Below are positions 1-8,125 of a stretch of DNA of 64,000 nucleotides, piece by piece. Both the position numbers and the translations under genes were made by a program. Under the pieces are notes generated by a model, which was not told the origin of the DNA, made no database searches, and worked only from the letters and a program-made list of their open reading frames with translations. Position 1 is the stretch's first letter, and every line of letters starts with the position of its first letter. The DNA comes from Candidatus Hydrogenedentota bacterium (GTDB lineage: Bacteria > Hydrogenedentota > Hydrogenedentia > Hydrogenedentales > SLHB01): the NCBI GenBank assembly GCA_045863295.1, contig BTWA01000001.1, forward strand, positions 244,337 through 308,336. Reading direction: 5' to 3'.

Positions 1-564
1 GCCGGGCTGATGGCGATGGCCTCGCAGATCGTCGAGGCCCGGAACTGGGGCATGGCGGAAACCGGTCCCACTGTCGAGCGTCTGCGCGTGCTGTATCCAC
101 GGGCCTACTGGCCCGTGGCTGAGGCCCAGGCCCGCGAGGCGGGCGTTGATCCCTATTTGCTGATGGCCATCGCGCGGCAGGAGAGCCTGTTTCAGGCGCG
201 CATCGCGTCCCATGCGGGCGCGACGGGCGTGATGCAGATCATGCCGGGCACGGCGCAGTGGATGGCCAAGGTGGAGCCGTCTGTATCTCCTGACCATGTT
301 GCGAATCTTGAGAATCCCGTCAATTCCATCCGTCTTGGCGCGTTTTACATCACGCGGATGATTGCGCGATCGGACGGCAACCTTGTGTATGCGCTGGCGT
401 CGTACAACGCGGGGCCGGGCAATCTTTCCAAATGGCGCCGGCAATTCGATACGGCCGACATGGACGATTTCATCGAGCGCATTCCGTACACCGAAACCAA
501 GAAATACGTGAAGCGGGTCCTCGGCAATTACGCTGCCTATTACTCCCTGTACGAAACGAAGTAA
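1..564 (+). CDS. Soluble lytic murein transglycosylase, C-terminal SLT domain (5'-truncated by window)
   Basis: SLT motifs IARQES, GATGVMQIMPGTA, ALASYNAGPG, IPYTETKKYVKRV. The frame is open back to base 1. Confidence 0.9.
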   Translation, partial: AGLMAMASQIVEARNWGMAETGPTVERLRVLYPRAYWPVAEAQAREAGVDPYLLMAIARQESLFQARIASHAGATGVMQIMPGTAQWMAKVEPSVSPDHVANLENPVNSIRLGAFYITRMIARSDGNLVYALASYNAGPGNLSKWRRQFDTADMDDFIERIPYTETKKYVKRVLGNYAAYYSLYETK

Positions 565-910
565 TCCCGATCCCTGCAACCCTTTTCCTCGGGTTTGATG
601 CAGGTCTCCACTCTATTGGTGCTTCTTGTTGCATTTGCTTAGCAGCCTGTCGTCCTCTTAAAGTCCGACAATCTGCTAGCGGATTGAAACAAGGGGTATT
701 TATGGTTTTGGTGGGTTTGCGGAATTTCTGTTCTTGTTTTGAGCAGAATGCGCGAAATTTTGCCGGGATTTTGAATTGAGCCTTGGGAGATGCGCGTGTC
801 TGTTGTGGGCGGAAAAGGGTGGACATGGCGCGTAGCCAGCGTCTATCTTTTCGGGCACGGTTCATCCGGGCCGTCACCGCAACCGACAGCGTACAGGTAA
901 GGGGAATGCG

Positions 911-2167
911 ATGACCTCAGGATCCACCACGGCGGACGCCGTTAAGACCAGCCACTACACCGTTTTGCTCGCGGCATTTCTGGGCTGGATGTTCGATGGC
1001 TTCGAGATGGGGCTGTTTCCGCTTGTGGCGGGGCCGGCGTTGCGCAGCATGTACGAAGGCGACGGCAACGTGAACGCGTTCGTGGGCGAGTGGATGGGGT
1101 ATATCACCGCGCTATTCTTGCTGGGCGCGGCGCTGGGTGGCTGGGTATTTGGGTGGCTGGGCGACAAGATTGGCCGCGTTCGCGCGTTGTCCTTGAGCAT
1201 ACTCGTGTATGCCCTTTGCACCGGTTTGGGGTATTTCGCAACGGAACCCTGGCATTTGGGCCTGTTCCGGGTGATTGCGGCGCTGGGCATGGGGGGCGAA
1301 TGGTCGCTGGGGGTGGCGTTGGTGATGGAATGCTGGCCGGAGCGATTCCGTCCCTACATGGCGGGCATCATTGGCGCGGCCGCGAATTTCGGGTTTTTGC
1401 TGATTGGGGTCATCGCGTTGAACAACCCGGTGACGGTGGATTCGTGGCGCTGGATGTGGCTGGTGGGGGTATCGCCGGCCATTCTGGTGTTTTTCATCCG
1501 GTTGTTCGTTCCGGAATCCGAGCGCTGGCAGGAATCCGTGGGTACCGGGCATACCACGCCGTTGCGCGAGGTGTTTGCCCGCAGTCGGATTTCCAGCACC
1601 CTGGTGGGGATCGCCCTGACTTCTGTGGCGTTGATTGGCACGTGGGGATCGGTGCAGTGGATACCGGTTTGGGTGGACAAGATGGTTGGCGCCGAATACC
1701 CGCAAGCCAAGGCGGTGATTGGGATTCTGTCCGCCGCCGGGGCCATTGTGGGGTGTCTGGGCGGGTCGATTTTGTGGCGGAACACAGGCCGCCGAATCTC
1801 GTATTTCATTTTGTGCGTGCTTTCGTTGGGGGTTTGTGGCTACTTGTACACGGCGGGCCTTGACTATGGGCTCCAATTTCAAGTGGTGGTTTTCTTTGCC
1901 GGGCTTACCACGGCGGCGTTTTACGGCTGGTTTCCCCTGTTTCTGCCGGAGATCTTTCCCACGCGGATGCGGGCGACCGGGCAGGGGATTTGTTTTAACA
2001 CGGGCCGGGTGTTCGCGGCGATTGGTTCGGTGACCGGCGGTCAGTTGGTGGCGTTTTTCGATGGCGACTATGCGCGGACGGGTGCGGTGATTACGTTGGT
2101 GTATGTTTTGGGGATGATGGTGATCTGGTTGGCACCGGAGACCCGTGGGAAGCCGTTGCCGGAGTGA
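911..2167 (+). CDS. MFS transporter (sialate/aromatic acid:H+ symporter-like)
   Basis: About 12 hydrophobic segments; motif A GWLGDKIGRVR; GMGGEW; PEIFPTRMRATG; C-terminal PETRGKPL. Confidence 0.9.
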   Translation: MTSGSTTADAVKTSHYTVLLAAFLGWMFDGFEMGLFPLVAGPALRSMYEGDGNVNAFVGEWMGYITALFLLGAALGGWVFGWLGDKIGRVRALSLSILVYALCTGLGYFATEPWHLGLFRVIAALGMGGEWSLGVALVMECWPERFRPYMAGIIGAAANFGFLLIGVIALNNPVTVDSWRWMWLVGVSPAILVFFIRLFVPESERWQESVGTGHTTPLREVFARSRISSTLVGIALTSVALIGTWGSVQWIPVWVDKMVGAEYPQAKAVIGILSAAGAIVGCLGGSILWRNTGRRISYFILCVLSLGVCGYLYTAGLDYGLQFQVVVFFAGLTTAAFYGWFPLFLPEIFPTRMRATGQGICFNTGRVFAAIGSVTGGQLVAFFDGDYARTGAVITLVYVLGMMVIWLAPETRGKPLPE

Positions 2168-2397
2168 AGTGTTTGGCCGATTCTGCCGAAAGATGTATTG
2201 AGCGCGTTTTTGTGTGTGTAGAAACCGTACACCCGAATGAAATCTGGACACCTTTTTGGGTCTGCGTGTTGGGTTCGTGGACAGGAATTCGGGGAAAACT
2301 TTATTCTTGACAAAAGCTAACAAATTCGCCAGGACACGCTAACGGTGCGAAATGCTTAACCGTTTGACGCAATTGGAATTGCGCCACGCGCGGTTTG

Positions 2398-2426
2398 TTG
2401 ACAGTCTGTCCGATATATGCTATAAC
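2398..2426 (+). promoter_or_regulatory. sigma70-type promoter upstream of giant surface protein gene
   Basis: TTGACA (2398-2403), 17-nt spacer, TGc-TATAAC extended -10 (2421-2426). Confidence 0.75.
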
Positions 2427-2612
2427 CGAAGTGACATAATCGGGACATTCGTGTATTGTTGGGCGAGGCATGGCGCGTCCGATTGAACAAGCGGGAGTGC
2501 CAGCACGTTACAACGAAGCAGATGCGAATGGCGCATGGAAATCGCCGGAAATCGGGGCTCCGGACAATCATGTAGTGGGGTGGCCTTGGGTCTCAAGCGA
2601 GATGAAAGTGGA

Positions 2613-2656
2613 GCGCGCCGGCGGACGGTCAACGGCCGTCCGGGCGCGCCCTTTTT
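2613..2656 (+). terminator. Terminator-like hairpin in 5' leader (possible attenuator)
   Basis: GCGCGCC..GGACGGTC-AAC-GGCCGTCC.GGCGCGC followed by CCTTTTT, immediately before RBS GGAGG (2660-2664). Confidence 0.4.
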
Positions 2657-2672
2657 GTCGGAGGAACCGAAC

Positions 2673-5600
2673 GTGAAGCGAGTAGTGTTGTCCCGTATAT
2701 GCGGCGTGGCCGTTGGCGTCATCGCGTTGGCGCTATTCTCGGTTCCCGCCTTCTCCCAAGCGGCGCCTCCATCGGCCACCTTCGATGCCGAAGATCTGGT
2801 TCCTGATGCGTCAGGACTTCTACCAGGCAATGACTGGGCGCAACTCTTCCGTTTTACGATGTCGACTGAAGACGGCGCTGTCCGGACGCTTGACACGTTG
2901 CAATTCGAGATTCAAGCGGATCCGAAGTTGGGCGATCGTTCGTACAACGTTTTGAGCAACGTGGCACGTCCGCAAGACATCCTTCAGATTGCCATTTTCC
3001 AAGAGGGCCGAGATAGCAGCGGAGAATACAGCGGCGTTCTTGACAATCCCGATTTTCTTGTAAAGGGCGAACCCGGTGGTCCGCTGCAGAATACGTTTCT
3101 TGTATTCAATGTGGATTGCACGCTTGTTTCGCCATTTACCCCGTATGGGACCACGGGAGGCAGCATCGGTAACCGGTCGGGCATGACCTTTGATCTGACC
3201 GGACTTGATTCGTTCAACATCCATCCGGGAGCCGACGATGGAAACTCCTATATCGTAGCTTTCCGCACGTCGTCGTCATGGCTCAACGCGCAGACCTTGT
3301 CATTCGAATTGTTGTTCGCGCAGATGGCTCCGTTTCAATTGACCGGCACACCGCCCGACCTGCAACCGATCGACAGCTACACCCCGGATTTTTATGGCGA
3401 TACGCGTGAAACCCTCGATTCCGAGAACGCGTATTGCACGAGCTATGGCGTGTGGGACGTGCAACCGAGTATTGGGTCAGATCAGACCGGGGCCATTTTC
3501 GGCAGTTCCTGGACGTGGCCGAACACACTGTATACGCCGATGGCCGAGTACCGGCGGAACCGGTTCGACAAACCGGGCAATCTGGTGAACTTTGTAACCG
3601 GCGAGTGGCTGGAACTTCGTCAGTTGTTGCCGATTGAACAGATCTCTCCCTTGCTGGGCATCGATATGCACGGTATCCCAACGCCGTTTATTGGCAGCAG
3701 CGGGACGGTACTGGGAGTCGCTGCTCCGGCGCTTATGCAGGTGAACATGGTGTTGACGGACATTGGGGGTTCGAAAACCAATCCCAATGCCATTCCCGGT
3801 GACGGCGGATTTAACCCTCAGACCGGATTGGAGCACTTGACGGACGACGCCGTTGCGTCGGGCGCGGGTGTGATCGTGGAGGATGCGTACCTCGACGACT
3901 TCGCGTTTAACGGCTTGTGGGTGTATCACGATACCAACAACGATTTCATTTTCAACGAGCCTGAAGAACGCGAAGGCGGCGGTATTACGTTTACGGGCGA
4001 CTACCCGATGTTTCCGGGGCGGAATTATGCGCCGTCGGATTGGCAGCACATCCGCAATCCGGCATGGGGCGGCGATCCCGCATGGACGATTTCTTTGGAT
4101 TTCGAAATATTCGGGCGTCGTCGCACGCTCCCGGATGAAGAACCGACGGGTTTACTTGAACCTACACCGGACGGTGATGCGGCAGCCTATCCAACTATTA
4201 TGAATTCAGACTATTACGTTACCGTGCGTCCGGACAGCGGTTTCGCGGATGCAACCACGCTTCCCGGCGATGGCACGGGCATCACACTGGGTGCGGACTT
4301 TCGTGCGTTTATCCAGCCCCGTTTTCCGGCTGGCGCGGCGACGGGCGGCATTTATTCCCAGAACATGGTGCCGAATCCCGGCAATTGGCAGGCGGACCAG
4401 GTGTGGAACATTCCGAATTCGGGCGAGCCGTGGTGGCCGGAAAAGTTTCTAAACTGGTCCAACGTCAAGCCCACCCGCGTTGGCGGCGTCGATATTCATG
4501 ACTTGGTACTGACCTACGAAACGAACAGCATTTACCGCAACCCGTCGGATATGTTCTACGGGCAAAGCGAAATCTCCACAGGAATTGGCCTAATCACCAA
4601 CTTCAGCCGCTGGCTGGATCCCGCGAACATCATTAGTTCGCGATTCTTCAACGGTGACGAAGTCGGTGTCCAGGACTGGATTTTCTTTAACGCATTTGTG
4701 GACGACCACGTGCATGACGCGTTTCAGTTCCCGTACGAGACGGCGCCGTTCAGCCACCCGGACGATCCGCGGTCGACGTTCTATACGCCGCCCGCGCGTC
4801 CGACCGTGCCTTCCTTCGCGACGTGGCCGTTCAACGCGACGGGTTATTTTGCGAATATCGTCGATCGCGTGGAGCGGTATCCGCGCGAATTTGACTGGCC
4901 GGCGGCATCGCGTCAGGCGCGCACGCTGAAGCAGCACATCGACGCGAGTAGCCAACCGACGGCGATGCTGGGCTTCAACCTCGTGGGCGCGGACGACAGC
5001 ATTACCAACGCGTTTGCGCGTCAGCGTCTGGACCAGATCACGATTGCATTCTGGGGTCCTGATTTCACGCCGAGTGATCTCCTTGCTTTGAGTGCGAACG
5101 GCACTGGATCGACATCCGGCATCTCGCTGATTGAAGACACGACGGGTGACGGCGTGTTTGGATTTACGGGAGCGAACGGCATTGATCCCTTAACGGGCGA
5201 CCTACCGGTACCGCTCACGAATCTTGCGTGGCCCAGCGGTCCGGAGCCGGTCGATTTGAATGGCGACGGCACGGCCGACGACATGAACGGCGACGGCGTT
5301 GTGGATACGCTGGACAACGCGTGGGTGGTTCGGCTTCGTCTGGCGCAGCCGTGGGATCTTCCCGTGGTTGACTCGCCGCGCGTCGGCAATACCGGCCCGC
5401 TGGATGAAGAAGAAGACGACGGCGGCGACGGCGGAGATGGCGGCGATGGTGGTGACGGCGGCGACGACGAAGGCGATCGCCGGAGCGTGGGCGGAAAGTC
5501 GAACATCAACCAGCCGTTGTCGCATCTGGAATTCGAAGAGGCGGGCCAGTCCGTGCAACCGCTTGCTTCGGACAAAGTGGTGCACTTGGCAAGCGCGGAT

Positions 5601-7865
5601 GCGCCGGTAACACGGGCGATTGGTCCTCGCGGTAGCGCGGGCGACGATTTGTTCGTCATCGTGCGCGCGTCCGATCAGATGCGCCGGTTCGAGCAGTTCC
5701 GCGTGGTGGTGCCGGCATTTTTGCCGACCCGCGCGGGCAACGAGCGACTGGCCGGTTTTCAGATTACCCCGCAATTGCCCATCAGTCCGGGCATCTACGA
5801 GAAGTTCAATCCCGAAGAAGAGACGACGCTGGACTTTTTCGGCGGTCCTCCGTTTGGGTTTGACTTGATAGAAGCGAACGTGGCGTCCCGCATCACGGCC
5901 ACGGGCGGCGCGACTCAGAACATCACGCGCAACAGCGGCGACACGTCGGTGCTGGGCATTGATGTGAGCACGAACCGTCCTGCGAAGACGGGCCCGTATC
6001 CGGCGTACGACGGCGCGGTGACGTCCAGCTTCACGACGGGGTTGAACGGCGTGGGCGGCGCGGGCACGTTCGTGGTCGCTGGCGCGGCGTTTCCGGCGGG
6101 CGATTTCACCGACTTTTTCCTGATTGACGGCGCCTACCGTGGCTACCGCATTACGGGCAACACGGCGAATACGTTGTTCCTGGAGGCGGGGGTGCCGCAA
6201 GCGGGCGGTTGGTATATCGACAAAGATCCGACGTTCCTGGAACAGGTGATCGTCGAGTTGTACGACGAAGGGAACGACGGCGCGTTTAATTTGTTCGAAG
6301 ACCTGCTGCCGTTGGGCATTTCGCACGAGACGGCGGGCGTGAAGCTGTACCGCGACAACGATTTCAATCCCTCGAACATCAACGGCATTTTCGATCCCGG
6401 CGACTTGTTGGTACCTCTGGACTTCGCGCCATACCTGATTGGTCAGCCGGGCGAACCGGCGTATCAGGTGATGTTCGCGTTTTCTTCGCCGGGCACGAAC
6501 GGTGGTGCGGGCAGTTTCAACCGCCAGTACGTGCCGAACTCGTTCACGGGCGCGCGCGATTCGGGTGCGGATTTCTTCGTGACGGTATCGACCTCCGCGA
6601 ACATTGCGGAGGGGGACAATCTGCGCGCGGCGATTGCCTCGTGGGGACCGAATACACCGACGCTGCCGGACATCGGCGATTTCACGCCGCCGCCGGTGTC
6701 GCGTACGGGTGAATTCGATTTGTTTGACGAATTTCCGTGGGCCTCTCGCGGACTTGGGTTTATCTCGTACTTCAAGCAGTACAACGATGTGACTCCGGCT
6801 CGTCCATACTACTGGGACTACTACGACCAGTATCCGGAGCCGGATCGCAGCCAGACGGGCCTTACGTGGGTGCGTTCTCGCGCCGCGAAGACGGGCTTGT
6901 CCAGCATCCTGACGGTGGTTCCGAAGGCGACGGATCCGAGCGACCTGGTGATCACGTCGGTGTCTCCGACGATTTTGACCAAGACGATCGCGGCGGCCGG
7001 CCTGGTGCTTACGATTACGGGTAACAACTTCGGCACTTCGCCGACGGTGACGCTCAATGGCACTCCGCTGAACGTGCAGAGCGCGACGAACACGCTGATC
7101 ACCGCGCAGATTGCTGGCGGCACCGTGCTGCCATTGAATGTGGTGATCGAACTGCGGGTGACGAATCCGCTGACGTTGAAGACCGATACGTTTACCGGAT
7201 TTACCGTGGTGGATGCGAATCCGGATCAGGCTCCGACGATTACGTCGGTGAATCCGAGTTCGGGCACGTCGGCGGTGTTCCCGGTGACGGTGATAGGCAC
7301 GAACTTCGAAGATCCGCGCGTCATCTTCGGTCAGACCGTGATGCCGCGGGTGAGCTGGTCGCCCACGCAGATTGTGGTGTCGTTCCCGATCAACGGATTG
7401 CCGACGACGGGCGCGATGAACGTGACGGTGGTGAACACGCGCAACGGTGGCGATTTGCTGTCGGTGACGAAGGTCAACGCGTTCACGTACATCAATAACC
7501 CGAGCGGCGGCGGCGGCGGCGGCGGTTTCCTGGGCGGAGGCGGTTTACCGATCGGCGGTTGCTTTATCGCGACGGCCGCGTACGGTTCGCCTTTCGCCGC
7601 GCACCTGGACACGTTCCGTTCGTTCCGCGACGGTGTGCTGTTGAAGTCGGCCCCGGGCGCGGCGTTTGTGGATGCGTATTACCGGATGAGTCCTGCTCTG
7701 GCTGATGAAGTGGCGCAGCGGCCGTGGTTGGCGGTTGTGGTTCGCACGGTGTTGACGCCGGTGGCGTGGTCGCTGGAGCATCCGATGTTCGCGCTATGCG
7801 TGTTGTTGATGGGTCTCTTCGCTGTTCATCGCGTGCGCCGGTTTGCCCGGTCCACGAGCCGATAA
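2673..7865 (+). CDS. Giant secreted surface protein (~1730 aa): signal peptide, internally repeated domains, 2 IPT/TIG domains, CFI-box-CTERM
   Basis: GTG start at 2673 after GGAGG; signal peptide ..LALFSVPAFS; IPT motifs ITSVSP..LTITGNNFG and PTITSVNPSSG..VIGTNF; poly-Gly then CFIATAAYGS..FRSFRD..AFVDAYYRMSP, TM helix, basic tail. Confidence 0.85.
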   Translation: MKRVVLSRICGVAVGVIALALFSVPAFSQAAPPSATFDAEDLVPDASGLLPGNDWAQLFRFTMSTEDGAVRTLDTLQFEIQADPKLGDRSYNVLSNVARPQDILQIAIFQEGRDSSGEYSGVLDNPDFLVKGEPGGPLQNTFLVFNVDCTLVSPFTPYGTTGGSIGNRSGMTFDLTGLDSFNIHPGADDGNSYIVAFRTSSSWLNAQTLSFELLFAQMAPFQLTGTPPDLQPIDSYTPDFYGDTRETLDSENAYCTSYGVWDVQPSIGSDQTGAIFGSSWTWPNTLYTPMAEYRRNRFDKPGNLVNFVTGEWLELRQLLPIEQISPLLGIDMHGIPTPFIGSSGTVLGVAAPALMQVNMVLTDIGGSKTNPNAIPGDGGFNPQTGLEHLTDDAVASGAGVIVEDAYLDDFAFNGLWVYHDTNNDFIFNEPEEREGGGITFTGDYPMFPGRNYAPSDWQHIRNPAWGGDPAWTISLDFEIFGRRRTLPDEEPTGLLEPTPDGDAAAYPTIMNSDYYVTVRPDSGFADATTLPGDGTGITLGADFRAFIQPRFPAGAATGGIYSQNMVPNPGNWQADQVWNIPNSGEPWWPEKFLNWSNVKPTRVGGVDIHDLVLTYETNSIYRNPSDMFYGQSEISTGIGLITNFSRWLDPANIISSRFFNGDEVGVQDWIFFNAFVDDHVHDAFQFPYETAPFSHPDDPRSTFYTPPARPTVPSFATWPFNATGYFANIVDRVERYPREFDWPAASRQARTLKQHIDASSQPTAMLGFNLVGADDSITNAFARQRLDQITIAFWGPDFTPSDLLALSANGTGSTSGISLIEDTTGDGVFGFTGANGIDPLTGDLPVPLTNLAWPSGPEPVDLNGDGTADDMNGDGVVDTLDNAWVVRLRLAQPWDLPVVDSPRVGNTGPLDEEEDDGGDGGDGGDGGDGGDDEGDRRSVGGKSNINQPLSHLEFEEAGQSVQPLASDKVVHLASADAPVTRAIGPRGSAGDDLFVIVRASDQMRRFEQFRVVVPAFLPTRAGNERLAGFQITPQLPISPGIYEKFNPEEETTLDFFGGPPFGFDLIEANVASRITATGGATQNITRNSGDTSVLGIDVSTNRPAKTGPYPAYDGAVTSSFTTGLNGVGGAGTFVVAGAAFPAGDFTDFFLIDGAYRGYRITGNTANTLFLEAGVPQAGGWYIDKDPTFLEQVIVELYDEGNDGAFNLFEDLLPLGISHETAGVKLYRDNDFNPSNINGIFDPGDLLVPLDFAPYLIGQPGEPAYQVMFAFSSPGTNGGAGSFNRQYVPNSFTGARDSGADFFVTVSTSANIAEGDNLRAAIASWGPNTPTLPDIGDFTPPPVSRTGEFDLFDEFPWASRGLGFISYFKQYNDVTPARPYYWDYYDQYPEPDRSQTGLTWVRSRAAKTGLSSILTVVPKATDPSDLVITSVSPTILTKTIAAAGLVLTITGNNFGTSPTVTLNGTPLNVQSATNTLITAQIAGGTVLPLNVVIELRVTNPLTLKTDTFTGFTVVDANPDQAPTITSVNPSSGTSAVFPVTVIGTNFEDPRVIFGQTVMPRVSWSPTQIVVSFPINGLPTTGAMNVTVVNTRNGGDLLSVTKVNAFTYINNPSGGGGGGGFLGGGGLPIGGCFIATAAYGSPFAAHLDTFRSFRDGVLLKSAPGAAFVDAYYRMSPALADEVAQRPWLAVVVRTVLTPVAWSLEHPMFALCVLLMGLFAVHRVRRFARSTSR
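5404..5477 (+). repeat. In-frame acidic low-complexity (DGG)n linker
   Basis: Encodes DEEEDDGGDGGDGGDGGDGGDDEGD. Confidence 0.8.
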
Positions 7866-7876
7866 CGAGGATTTCG

Positions 7877-7904
7877 CCGCCCCCGGAGGTGACTCCGGGG
7901 GCGG
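7877..7904 (+). terminator. Strong hairpin just after stop codon (terminator or mRNA stabiliser)
   Basis: CCGCCCCCGGAG-GTGA-CTCCGGGGGCGG, a perfect 12-bp stem with no clear U-tract. Confidence 0.55.
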
Positions 7905-8125
7905 ATGCTTGCATGCACGCGGCGCAGAGGACTTCGCGAAAGTCCAGCCGCAGAAACGTCTTGCGCCTGTGCGCGGCGATTCGGTAGGCTTGAGGCCGTA
8001 TTGGGTGGTATTTGCCCGGCGCTGACACGGATGGGGCAGCCACCGGTAGAGTTCGACGCGGATGTAGTGCCCCCTCGGGGACCGATGGGGGCGGGGTGTT
8101 CCGGGATGAACGAGGAGCAATTCCC

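Noticed and set aside
7506..7526. Phase-variable simple repeat (GGC)n
   Set aside because: An in-frame trinucleotide encoding a Gly linker; slippage would not switch the frame.
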